Shown one piece after another: positions 1 to 13,470 of a stretch of DNA of 64,000 nt (position 1 is the stretch's first letter; the number at the start of each line of letters is the position of its first letter). The DNA lies in NCBI RefSeq assembly GCF_009914755.1, contig NC_060947.1; one strand, given 5' to 3'. The translations under genes and the position numbers were made by a program. Under the pieces are notes generated by a model, which was not told the DNA's origin, did not search any database, and saw only the letters and a program-made list of their open reading frames with translations. The stretch is from the human T2T-CHM13v2.0 reference genome, Homo sapiens.

Positions 1-869
1 AATGAATCAGTAGAAATGGTGATGACTACTAGAGAAACAAATAAAAAGGGTCCTATTTTCTGTCATTTTTATATTGAAATGAAGGTCAAACCAACAATAG
101 CAGGGGAAATGCATTCATCAGGCTAATTTAGCTCAATCTGGGTTATAAGAAGCTAGCTTTCTTGTACATCTAGACATGTTACAGTCATTACTCTTCCAAT
201 GGTTGTACATACTTGAGTACTTTGTTGGGTGCTGTTGTATTGAATATCCCTAAGCAACATCAAAATTCATGTAAATGAGGTGAAATTGCATTAAAGCGGC
301 CAACATAACAGTTTCACACAACATTTGCATGATTTGAGCAATATTTAGAACGCAGAAAGTCCATGGAGCATGACTCATTTGACAGTTGGGGTGATTTCAA
401 TTTTCAATAAATTTGGTTAATTAATACTTTAATGATCGATTATTCCCTGTATCCCACAGTTAAGCGTGTTTTTCATTGCATGTGCATGGCCTTGGAACTA
501 GTTTGAAAATGTCTTTGAGTTAGGGTTCAGATCTATTAGATGAGCTCTACATAGTGGCTTTCTCAAACAAAGCCTAATGAAAGCCTCTCCATGAGTCTCA
601 TTGAGTGGTCACATGGGGTTCTATTCTCCACAATCTAGTAACCTCAGGGGTTCAGAGAGAAAGGGTTGTTCTAGTGCAGGATACACTGAGTATGGCATCT
701 GAGACAACTGCTTACAAGTGAGCTTCTAGTGATTACACCTGTTAGTATAAAGCTCCTTTTATCTTCCTTTTAAATTTTGCCTTTTCTCATTTTTCTCATG
801 GCCTTATCTTTTCATCTTCTACTTATGCACATTGACTTTCTCTGGCTCCACCACTCTTGCTACCACTAG

Positions 870-1325
870 GAGGCACTATAATGTTGTAGAAACAACATAA
901 GCTTTGGTGTCTGACACATCTGGATAGAGGGGGTAAGGATAACGCTGATAACGGTGATAACTACAAAGCAGATACCCTTTTTGAGTAGTTGGTGTCTGGA
1001 ACACTGTTAAGTGACTTATACATATTATCTCATTAAATATCCACAAAATTCCTATGATTGATTGTAGGTACTATTATTGTCCCTATTTTATTGATGGGGA
1101 AACCAGGCACAGAAAGTTTAAGTAGCTATCCCAAAGTCATACTGGTAGAAATTAGGGGAAGCCAGAATACAGGCTCACCTGCCTTTGCCTTTAGGGCCTA
1201 ATTCTTAACTACAGTGTTTAAACAAGTTATTTAACCTCTCTGAGCTCCGGTTTACTCAACTATAAAATGAAGATGATAATGTATACACACTCATAACATT
1301 ATTATGAAGGTAAAATATACCTAAC
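870..1325 (+). mobile_element. MIR SINE (+), split at about 925/1220 by a second MIR
   Basis: 870-925 resembles the MIR 5' end (gctttggtgtctgacacatctgg); 1220-1325 resembles the core (aagttatttaacctctctgagctccggtttactcaactataaaatg). Confidence 0.6.
950..1213 (-). mobile_element. MIR SINE (-)
   Basis: Reverse-complement MIR core: tattattgtccctattttattgatggggaaaccaggcacagaaagtttaagtagctatcccaaagtcatac. Confidence 0.75.
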
Positions 1326-1360
1326 TGATGAGTGCCTTTCCCTCCCATTTCTCCTTTCTT

Positions 1361-1726
<366 letters not shown>

Positions 1727-4700
1727 TAATTCTTCAAGTATCACTAAGAACTTAATTTGTCAAACTCAAGGTGTAGCCTTAATTTTCTTCTTGAACTGAC
1801 TGTCTCAGAGTTTATTTAGAACAGTTTCCCCATCACCCCATCCCTACCCCCAAGGTTACAAACGATACTCTCCGGATCATTACTCCAACATCAAGATAAT
1901 CCTTTAAGCATGCACAGAGGAATAATGGCATCAAGAGAAATTAGCAGCTTTTAAAGCATCCCCTAAAGTCCTTGTCTCCTCCCCTCTCACTTACTTCAAG
2001 GTTTATGTTTGGCTTTATTCTAAAAGAGCAGTAGTATCTATTTATCAGGTCAGTGTTTACACTATGTAGAAATAGTATCTTTGTCCCAGTTGAGACCAGT
2101 ATAGTGGCTACTGTCATCAAACTAGAGGTCCAGATGAAGTCCTGTAACTAAGAGAATAATCGCCTTTGCTCCAGAAAAATAAATAAATAAATAAAAATTG
2201 GAAATTGTTTTTTAAAAACGGGCTGATTTCATACTTACCAATGGACAGATTTACTGATCATTGGAGTTTACCACAATCCAAGGTGCCTTTCTGAAAAGCC
2301 TATTGCCCTTAGGGATGAAAAGATTGGAAAAAACCTTCTGTTTAGATATCAGTTGGTTTCCTCAGTTGTAAATGTTAAAAGCTGCTTTGGTGGAAGTCAG
2401 CCTGATTTTTGTATTTCGTTGCCAAGAAAGGGGGAGTTCTAAGAAAAGGTCCATGTATACTGCAACCACACCCCAGACACTAGATATCATCTGACCTTTG
2501 AATAAGTGTTTTGTTCATATTAATCTTGTCTCAAAGGTAAGATAAAGGTAAGATTACAAGAGCTCACTGTAGTGTATCAGTATATGTTATAATACACATA
2601 GTCTGCAGCAGCCTGCCTCACCTGAGGAAGCAGCCCAAACCAGTATTCCAGATCCAAATACAAGAGAAAGGCTGTTTAAAATCAGGGGCAAATGAAGGAA
2701 TATAGATTTTTCACCATGGCTGTGTAATTAGGAGGACATGGCTACCTGTTTTGAATCTGGGCTAAAACTCTATTCCCGGTTTCTTCTTGCCTGAAATGAA
2801 TCCTGACCAAGTTGCTTGTATGTTTGGACTCCAGTCTTGTACCCTCTTACCATGCTTAATCCTCTGGATGCAGTTCTCTCGTCTACATATACCAAACTGG
2901 GCTTCTGTTTGTGCCTCCAGCATGGCTGGATTTCTCACATCAACCACTAGTTTCCCCGAAACTCCCAATTATGACACAGGTTTGCTGGTTTGGCCTGATA
3001 CCTTTAGCCCCAAGTTTGCTCTCCAAGATCATGCATCATTCTGTCCCTCCACACAGTGATCCACACAACCTGGCAGTCACTGCTAAATTTGAACACTCAG
3101 AGGGAAGAAAATGTGTCTCTGTAATTCTCTTGGCACAGCACACATGCAGTTAAGTGCTTTTTGATTATGATAACTGAATGTGCTCAAAAGTTCTCATAAT
3201 AGAAACAAATTAAGTCCCTTCACAATGAAATTTATGAAGGCCCAGTAGATTAATAGTACCTCATGGTAGTGGATGAAAATGCCTTTTCACCACTAGTATA
3301 AATGAATCACTCTAAACTAACAGGGTGGTCTCTTTAAGAATAGGTACAAGAGAAAAGTGGATGGGAGAGAAGCAGAGAAGGTCCTAAACAGCAAAAACCA
3401 CCCAGAGACCTGCCACATCCAAACAAGAATTTTATGAACATCCACTGCCTTCAATCTCCTTTATCTGAATTCATTTCAGATAGTACAATTTCTTTCAAAA
3501 GATCAAGGAAAAAAATGGCCTTGGGTGTGTATTCTATGAACAATGGTTGCAAAATGTTTTTTTATCACTAAAAGTTGCTGGGTTTCATCCTTAACACAAC
3601 TTTTTTCAAAGCTGAAGTTATCTAATGCCCACAATAAAAAGCAGATCACTCTACTTGTGTGATCTGTTGTGATTTTAGCTCCCTGGGGATGTGACCATTT
3701 CTAACACAGGCCTATAAAGCACCTTCTGCATTACTGGCTTTCAAATGCTTGGCAGCAATGATTGAAAGAAATTGGATAGGAAGTTTAAAAATTAAAGTTC
3801 TCATTACAATGGTTAATTGGTTATGTGTAGGATTTTAGATTAACAGGATGACTACTAAATGATGTCTATCAAACCCTGGGGCTAATTATCTTTTCTCCCT
3901 CTGAATATCACTTTTACCGACACTAAAAATTACATAAAGCATGTGTTTCTATAAGCTTGGTATTGCATTAATGGGTGTTCTACAAGTGAAGTTATACAAC
4001 AGAAACAAAAGAAAATTCTGGAATAAAGTTATTAACATTGCAATGAATGTTAATAACCTTCTATCTTGGTACTTTTCAAGGATATTCAAAGATTACTGAT
4101 ATGCTTTTATTCAAAAGAAAAGTGTAGAGTATCACATGTCCCTAATCTTTAGGATAGTTCAACTTTATAGTGTCCCATATTCTTCTCAATAAAGATGACT
4201 CAGAAAATGTATAGCTAAATGCAACTTAATTGTTATGCTTCCATGTATCTTATTCTATAAATCAGAATACAAATCTGAAAATGAATTCTTTGTTGGACTA
4301 TGTGTCCTAATTTTTGGTTTAGAACATATGACAATCATAGGGCTAGGTAAATAGACATGAGTTCTACCTTTACAACATTTTAAAGGTTTGAGATGCTTGG
4401 ATATATGTTATTTGTTTTGATTAGGGTTAGTTTTCATTTATTATTTTTTTCTAATGCTGTCTCAGCAGAATCACGTTTTTATTTTTATGGTTATTCTTTA
4501 GACCTTAAGGAAGAGAAGACAGGCTGCTAAAAATTGAAGTATGAGAATCAAGATTTATTTTGTAATGACAGCCTGGATTCAATTGTTAAACTCTGGGTGT
4601 AAGGAAACGTTTTCTGATCCTGATGGAACAGAAAAGGCTTCTAAGAGAGCAACTGAGTTAATTACTGGGAAGGAGAAGAGACACTGCCAAGGTGCTCTAA

Positions 4701-4729
4701 GTTCAAAAACCAATCCTAGTATCTTTGTT

Positions 4730-4950
4730 ATTAATAGTCTTGCACATCTACTACACACTCGCTATTATTTTGATATATACTTTCACTTGCATCATCTCCT
4801 TTAATTCTTAAAACATCTTTATTAAGTGAGTTCTATTATTTTAACTATTTCATGAAAGAGGAACCTGAGCCTCAGAGAGGTTAAGTAACGTGCTGCAGGT
4901 CACAAAGTTGGCAAGTGGCAAAGGCAAGGTTCAAACCTAGTACTGATTAC
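4730..4950 (-). mobile_element. MIR SINE
   Basis: gaggaacctgagcctcagagaggttaagtaacgtgctgcaggtcacaaagttggcaagtggcaaaggcaaggttcaaacctag matches the reverse MIR core. Confidence 0.8.
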
Positions 4951-5044
4951 TACTATGTTAAAAGTGACCAGAAAACAAACCAGACGAACCTAGAAAGATA
5001 TCCAAATCAGAAGTTGTGTTTGTTTCAGAGTCTTATTTGAAATA

Positions 5045-5336
5045 TAGTCAGCTCTCCACATCCATGGGTTCCATATCTGCAGATTCAACCAACCACAGAT
5101 TGAAACTATTTGAAATTAAAAATTAACAATAGAACAATAAAAAAACAGAAAAAACAATACAGTATAACAATTATTTACACTGTATTTGGGTATTATAAGT
5201 AATCTAGGGATGATTTAAAGCATACAGGAGAATGTGCATCCATTATATGCAAATGTATAAGGGACTTGAACATACTCAAATTTTGGTATCCATGGGGTCC
5301 TGGAACCAATCCCCCACAGATATCAAGAAATGAGTG
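5045..5336 (-). mobile_element. MER2 (TcMar-Tigger non-autonomous DNA transposon)
   Basis: gattcaaccaaccacagattg, aagtaatctagggatgatttaaag and ggtcctggaaccaatcccccacagata blocks; TA at 5043-5044 and 5337-5338. Confidence 0.85.
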
Positions 5337-5364
5337 TAGACCACGGTTCCCAAAGTATTAAGAA

Positions 5365-5630
5365 AGTATGGTGTAGGGAAGGAATGTGGGCATTGGAGTC
5401 AGACAGACCCGAGTTCATAATTCAGTGCTTGAACAAATGAGCAATGTGGCTGAGGACTAATTATCTGACTGGGCCAAGACTCATTTCCCTCATTTATTAG
5501 TGGAGTGGTGGTTGTGCCTGCCTTGCCAGATCATTGAGAAAATTAAATGAGATAACGTATATAAAGTGCCTACCAGTTCTTGGCACACAGTGTGTACCCA
5601 ATAAGTAGTCTAAGTGATATTGATTATTAT
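5365..5630 (+). mobile_element. MIR SINE
   Basis: ttggagtcagacagacccgagttc ... attaaatgagataacgtatataaagtgcct ... tggcacacagt. Confidence 0.8.
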
Positions 5631-6914
5631 TGTGTATGGAGCCATAGTGGCCTGCAAAGACCTTTCAAGCGGTGTCTGGACTGGTTCAATATGCAGGTCA
5701 CACAAAATTGTGGGTTTTAAAAGTGTCATTTTGACCACTTTAAAAAGCAATAAAAACATTTTAAAATGAGGCCCAGTAAATAATAACTCTTTACGCAAGC
5801 AACAGCACAATACTTTTTTTTTTTTTAATGTGTGGTACTAGTATTGGAAGGAATTAAATAAATGGTGTCTTTTGCCTCCAGGTGGTCTCTGGCATAAAGT
5901 CTAAAAATGCTTGGGAGAGACAGAGATCGACACACTGCATGAGCCAAAAGAACACCTTCTTTTATTACTTAAGTTTTAAGGCATTTTTTAGACTTAAAGA
6001 AACCTGATAATCATCAAATGAAAACCAAAAGATCTTTCCCTTCTAATATCATGCCATCTAGCCCCATGGCTCCAGGCACACTTGCATGAGAACCATGCTG
6101 AACAGATGGCCAGTGATTCCCCAGCCTTTTTTTAGTAATTTGTGCAAGTGCTTGGCAACCTTCTTTGTCAGGGGGTGCTTCTCCATTATATAGAACTCTA
6201 GAAGAGTTACTCTACACCTTCCATATATTACTTGATGCCATATTTATTTTTAAAAAGGAATTTTGTAAGGGAAGGTTATTAAGGTGTGTTTAATTAAAGC
6301 TCCCTTTCACTGTCACAAAAATATATAACTCATGATTAATAACTCAAAGAGATTCCCTCATGCTGGAGGCCTGTCCTTGCCAATTTTAAATCATGCATAA
6401 TATCCTATTTGTATCCCTTTCTGTGTAAAGTCCAGAAACTTAATCAGTTTTTTCATCACCCCTCCCCTATAGGTCTTCTCATAAATTCATGCACATAGAG
6501 GGAAACAACAATGTCCCTAAACTCAGATTAATAAACACCTCCAGGACATATGCATTGAGAATCAATAATTAAATGCTGCCCCTGGTATAAAGAAATGGCA
6601 CTATTGACACACCTCAGGGAGACAGCACGGGCTCAAAAGATTTTTTTTTTTTCTGCAGTAGCAGAGATGGATTTTCGGTGGATTAGTAAGTATTTTTCCC
6701 AAGGGCAGATATTTGTAAGCTGAATGTTTAGGATTTGGGAAGCAAGGCTAGAGGAAGCAAAGAAGGCACAGTGAATTTAATAGAACATGGCTCACTTCAG
6801 CACATAAATCTCCAATCATCACTCTATATAACTAGCCTCCTTTCCTCATTACGTTGCCCTCTCATTGTGTCTTGGGATTCATTTCCACTTGTTTAAAAAC
6901 ATTAAGTGTGGGGA

Positions 6915-7200
6915 ATGCCACAATATGGTTGATGGATGGATCTCACAAACATAATGTTGAAAGAATAGAAACTGTATACTTCCATTTATATAAAGTACAA
7001 ATGGGCAAAACTAATGTATGCTGTCAGAAGACAGAATAATAGTTAACCTTGAAGAAACAGTGACTGGAAGCAGGCATGAGAGGAGCTTCCAAGGTATTGG
7101 GAATATTGTTTCTTGATCTAGGTGCTGGCTACATGTGTATGCTCATTGTATGAAAAATCACCAGTCTGCACATTTAAAATAGGGACATTTTTCTATTAAG
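6915..7200 (+). mobile_element. Old L1 (L1ME-type) 3' UTR fragment
   Basis: atggatctcacaaacataatgttga, ttccatttatataaagt, ggcaaaactaat, tttcttgatctaggtgctggctacatg. Confidence 0.7.
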
Positions 7201-7424
7201 TATATTAAATATTGATAATTATTCATTTTGAATGGTAGGTGTGGGGACTTCTAATATAACATGATTTGCCCGAATCCCCCATCCCTTTCTCCAGGGATGA
7301 CTGGTATACTAACCATGTGCACATGAGAGACACAGCCATTGTGCCAAGAGGTTCACTTTCCAAAGTGAAATGACTTCTGTGGCTGCTTTGTTATCATGGA
7401 TGATAGTGTTCTACTACTGTTTTC

Positions 7425-7770
7425 TTCATTCACCAATCCCTAAAATGCTTATTGAGCCCATTTTATATGTAAGGCACTGTATAAAGCACTGGGGATACCA
7501 ATGTTGACTAACATAGATATGGTCCTTGCCTGCTCAGAGCTTACAATCTGATGGGGGATACATTCAATAAAACACAAAATGATTAAATAAAATAATTGCA
7601 GATTGTAATAAGTAAAATTTGGACAACAAAACAGAATATGAAGTGAGAGAATGGGGGGATGAGGAAGTTTGCTGTAGATAGAGTGGTCAGGGAGGGCCCC
7701 AATGAAGCAAGAAGTCATCATCCGTGAAGTATAGGGGAATCATAAGATATGAAGACTCTAAAGTTGAAAA
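7425..7770 (-). mobile_element. L2 LINE 3' fragment
   Basis: ttattgagccc..tatgtaaggcactgt..ctggggatac..gtccttgcctgctcagagcttacaatctgatggggga. Confidence 0.75.
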
Positions 7771-8213
7771 ACTTGAGCAACCACAGAGGGGTTAGCCCTC
7801 CCGAAGCTACCACCACATCTGCTGATATTGTGCAGAAGGCAAGGGGTGGTGTCTAGAAGCAAAGCATTTCCATGAAAAACTCTTCAACCTGAAAATGATA
7901 CATTGACAAGTTTGGGAACTTGGTGATTATGAACTTCTTTTTTACTTTCTTAGTTAAATGTCCAGAATAAGAGATGGCTAGGGAGTCCCAAAGAAACCTT
8001 TTTAGGCTGTTTACAAAATTGAGAGCTGCTATATCACAACATGATACATCAAGCCTGGAATAATGCATACTAGAATAATTTCAACCAAGTTCTTGTACAT
8101 CATAACCCTTATAATCTACTCAAATCATAACCCCTAGAGACAAAGTTTGATATCACTTCTTTAGCCTATAATAAAAGCATTACTTCAGGTTCACACTGCA
8201 ATTAGCTGCCCTC

Positions 8214-8214
<1 letters not shown>

Positions 8215-8253
<39 letters not shown>

Positions 8254-8308
8254 GAGAGAGAGAGAGAGAGAGAGACAGAGAATGAGAGAGAGAGAAGTAG
8301 AGAGAGAG
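8215..8308. repeat. Compound microsatellite (CA)n-(GA)n
   Basis: About 18 perfect AC units followed directly by a GA-rich tract. Confidence 0.97.
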
Positions 8309-8621
8309 TATTCAAGGAGTAATCAAAGACTGCACTATCCTTTGATGATGATCTTTGAAGTGATTTTTAAAATACTTTCGTAATATATTACTGGGCATTA
8401 AAGTACAACAGCATCATAGATACTTCTCTCTTGAGCATGGATGAGTTTATTAGAAACAAAGCATCCAGCACATCTTATTTATAGAAACCTGGTTTCTACC
8501 ACTTGTACATGTAACACAATTTCAGGCAAGGTGAACTACACCTACGTTTTTGATCCATGTCTAACGCGACTGTGCCACATCGTAAAGGCTTTTCATGTTG
8601 TTCATACTAATCCAAAATTTT

Positions 8622-9135
8622 AATGAAATACTATTCAGCCATAAAAAATGAATAAAATGTCATTTGCAGAAACATGGATGGAACTGGAGGTCATTATGTT
8701 AAGTGAGATAAGCCAGACACAAAAAGACAAATTTCACATGTTCTCACTCATATGTGGGAGCTAAAAAAGTTGATCTCATGGAGGTACAGAAAAGAATGAT
8801 AGCTACCAGAGGCTGGGAAGGGTGTGTGGGTGGATGGATGAGTGGATGAAAAGAGGTTGCTTAATAGGTACAAACATACAGTTAGACAGAAGGAATAATT
8901 TCTAATGTTTGATGGCGGAGTAGGATGACTATAGCTAGCTAACAACAATGTATTATATATTTCAAAATAGCTAGGAGAGAAGTCTTGAAGTGTTCCTAAC
9001 ACATAGAAATGATAAATGCTTGAGGTTATGGATATCCTAAGTACCCTGACTTGTGTATTACACATTGTATGCATGTAACAATATATCACATGTATCCTAT
9101 AAATATGTAAAATATTATTTATCAAGTACATTTTA
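8622..9135 (+). mobile_element. L1MA-type 3' end (5'-truncated)
   Basis: tattcagccataaaaa..catggatggaactggaggtcattatgttaagtga..ttctcactcatatgtgggagctaaa..tatttcaaaatagctaggagag. Confidence 0.9.
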
Positions 9136-9439
9136 AAAGTTGTTGCAAAAGTAATTACCTAAGTAATATTTTTTCTACTTCATTTCCTACAAAGGTTTCT
9201 GAGCCTTCTGCCACACTCTGGGATGTCCAAATCTGGTTGAGCTAAACACATCAACCACCACAAGCCCTGAATGGAACAATCTAACTTCCTTTGTAGGAGA
9301 AAGTCCTGCTACCCACAGGGCTCCCTCCTTCCCTTCTTCTCTAGAGTAATTAGGGTAAAGGAAGGAGAGTATATCTGGAAGTAAAGTCCAGTATTGACGA
9401 AAGTATACTAGACATATCTTTGGGTTTAGGCCCTACCTA

Positions 9440-9930
9440 TAATCTCAACTGAAGGGACCATATTCGAACCTGTGACCTGTCACTCCATTATAGCTGATTG
9501 GATCAGGGTTGAACACCTAACGCAAAAGAGGATGTATTTATAAGCTGAGCTGAGCCAACCTTATGCCCACAAGACATTAAACTTAGAGATATGGAAGAAA
9601 GTTCCAGGCACTGGATCTGAAAGCCCATGCAGAGTTAGGGCCAGGCCATCCATACTGAGCAATGCTAAAGATTCCTAAGCAGAGGGAGCCAATTAAGAGG
9701 AGCAGAGGTGTGAGAGGGAGTAAGAGCAGATGTGCAGAAAGAAGCCATTTGAGAGAAGCAGACATAAGAAAAACTATGCACTCACAGAGAGGTAGAAAAG
9801 CCACCTCATTTCCTGGCATGGCAGTTACATCTTGCCCCTGCATTCTGTGAGGTACCTCTATATTCTTTTAAGGATCTTCTCACTTTACTATCTTAACTGG
9901 GTTTTCATTTCTTAAAACCAACAAATACCG
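9440..9930 (+). mobile_element. Possible highly diverged ERVL-class LTR (LTR16/LTR33-like)
   Basis: gctgattggatcagggttgaacacctaac..agctgagccaa and a GA-rich middle; weak resemblance only. Confidence 0.35.
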
Positions 9931-10219
9931 TGTCTAGATGAGAGGAGGACCCATATCTCTTAAGACTGTGCAACAGTGAAGGTGGAAGTAGAGAGAGAAG
10001 GGAAAGAGGAAAGGAGAGAAGCATAACAGAAGAGGAATGAGGAAGAAAGAATATATCAAATATATTGCATATAAAAGGAAGGGGCACAGATATAGTGGTA
10101 TATAAACAGCAAATGAAAAACACTGTGTTTGTGGTCAAGTGCATCTCTATACATATTTTTCAGGACAATCTTGTGTTTATAGTTCATAATATCCTTGCTT
10201 CCCTTCACTATATTTCTGG

Positions 10220-10475
10220 AAATATAGCGCAGGACTGGAGAAAGGGTATGAGCATTTGAGCCAGCCAGATTAGGGTTCAGAACCCAGACCCTCCACTTCC
10301 TAGCTGTGTGATCTCAGGTAAGTTTCTTTATCTCCACCAGCCACATTTTTATTATTTGTAAAATAGGAATAATTTCCACCTCCCAGGATTGTTGTGAGAT
10401 TTAAATTAGAGAATACTATATAATGCACATGACAGAAGGTTTTTCAGATAGTAGATATTCATCAAATGTTAGTTC
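10220..10475 (+). mobile_element. MIR SINE
   Basis: gggttcagaacccagaccctccacttcctagctgtgtgatctcaggtaagtt..tgtaaaataggaataat..ggattgttgtgagatttaaat. Confidence 0.85.
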
Positions 10476-13022
10476 ACTTTCTATCCACACAGCAAATAAG
10501 AGGCTGGGCTATGCAACTTGGCTTTCAAATTACTTGAACTTTTATTGCTTTTTACGCTTAATTTTTTGTTAGGGTGGTAAAGATGAGAAGGTTTTTGTTT
10601 CTTCGACATTCCAGTTTGGATAGTGGGACTGCTTTTATTTTAACTGACATGATTTCCCTAGATAGTTGACACCCCAATTTTGAAATGCAGTTTTTAAAAA
10701 ATTTCAGTCAATGATCGATGATTTTAAAAAAGAAAAATTATTCGTACCACAATGGTTATCAATTTCATTCCTCAGAGCTTTAGTACTCCACAGAGGTTCT
10801 TGAAGGGTCACGGAGTGGGGTGACAAGGAGGCCTAGCAGAAGGCAAAGCAGATGAGAAAGTGGGTCTCAGCTCTTTCTCTGCTTTGGGCAACTCCATATT
10901 CTTAATTGTTGTAGATATTGGGGTTCTACAGAAAATTTTACTTAAAAACATTATTTTCTTCTTGAAAAAAAAAAGCTGAAAAACCCCACTGCTATACAAC
11001 ATGACATCTTTCCATTAACACGGACAGGCAAGCCTGGACTGCAATTCTACTGAAGTCTGACCCTTCTACATCTCTAGGCATCTCATCCTGGTACAGCTAA
11101 AACCACAAAGCTTCAGGTCATTCTAACAAGGATAAGATGGGCCATCTGAAAATATAACTGATCTTAAGTATCACAGTGTCGTGTATGCTGTCTATACATA
11201 GTCCCAAAATTCTTATCCAAAGGAAATAGCAGTGAGAGTATGCAAAAGCCCTTTGGAAATAAGATGTAGGCCCCTAAATCGGCCCATCAAGACAGCATCT
11301 GTTCATAATCAGTAATACTTGACACGGTGTACCAAGAAGAAAAAATGAGATAAAAGAATATGAACAATAAACACAATTCAAGTATGAACCATCATCATGG
11401 GATGCATACACATGCAAAAGCAAAACATGTAAAAATATTTGATAATCTCATAAAAAGGTGGAGTCAAATCAAGAGTTTTTCAGGCAAGAAATCTATCTCA
11501 GAGGGTCCTTCTGGAGCTGAACAAACTGATTGTTTTTCAAGTTGCCCAGAGTGTGTACGTCTATTCATAACATGATTAGTCTTAGAGTCAGAGATAAATG
11601 GGTTCCCAACAGAGCAGGAACATATATCTCCACTATACACAGTTTTCCAATATATTTTTTATTCAGCCTCAAAGCAACTCCCTCTAATTTTATTTAAAGG
11701 AAAATTTGTTATTCTTGAATGTGTTATAATATCAGATCATAAAAGATTTCCTGATATAGACTCAGTTGGGATTTTACCCTAATATTATTAACCTAAATGA
11801 AAACTTTCTTGAGTAAAGCTGATCTTGTTTCTATGTTGTCAAGACTGACAATAGTTTACACACCTTCTGTCATGGAAACTAATGTTAGCTACTAGGTAAA
11901 AGTAGTACAATCATTTGAAGCTTTCTTTAAAAGCACCTATCACCAAAATAGCAGCTAGCATAAGAGATATTAGAAATTAGAAATTCTGACAAAAGGAAAG
12001 TAACTATTCTCTACATAAAGCAAGGCAAATAAAATTCTAGATTATAAAACATGAATTTTTCCGACATTGTGATACAATGTTGAAAAAGTCACAAGATTTC
12101 CCTGAAAAGAGACCAACATAGCATTTACTTCATCTACCTTTATGTTATCTAAAATATACATTCCAGGTATTAGGGAAAATAGTCAAATCTAGATGTTATT
12201 TTTTTCTAGACTATGAAATTAAACATATGGATTTTAAAAATCTGGATAATTTATAGATTTTTATTTTTTCATAGATGTCCCTCATGTCTCATTGATCCAG
12301 AATAATTTTGAATCAAAAAGCAAATTCTTTCATTAGGAAAACAAGAAGTAACTAAATTATTCAAAATAAAATGGTTTTGAATGGTTTTGTTCCCCACTGA
12401 ATTGTAGAATAAATCTAAATGTACAAAATGTCTGAGTATCATTCTGGAGATACTTTTTAGCTAAATTCATTAGCATTATCAGTGGTCCTAAGTCATTTAT
12501 AAATATAAGTTGGGAAAACCAACCTTTCAATGAATCCAAAGAGATGGCTCAATATTCACATTGTATGCCTCTCTTACACATTAATATTTGTTCTAATAAT
12601 ATATAAAATTTAAACATTGAATAATATAATTATAGTTGTAATCTTAGCTTACTCCATAAACTACAAAGCAAAAAAATGGTCTATAATAAATATCACCCTT
12701 ACCTCCTGTGCTGCCAATGCTGGGCTTCTAATTCCTGCCACTTTCCAAAATGATTATGAAAAGCTTTGAATGGAGTCATGTCTGCCTACAGAACACTTCA
12801 CATTCGCTAACCCATTGTGAAAATTAGGCAGTGATGAGGGAGTATGGCAAAGAGAGAACAGCTAAGCATTTCATGGCTCTTTTGTTCAGCTACAACTCTC
12901 CTTCCCTCTGTCCTCCCCTCTCTGCACCTCAACATCTTAATCATCTTAACTAATTTGGAACTTTGACCATAATGAACCAACCAAGTTTCCAAAACAACTA
13001 ACAGAATACCACAGGAGCATAG

Positions 13023-13470
<448 letters not shown>

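Noticed and set aside
3640-3668. Hairpin cagatcac-N9-gtgatctg after AATAAA
   Set aside because: An 8-bp stem is too short for a pre-miRNA and within chance.
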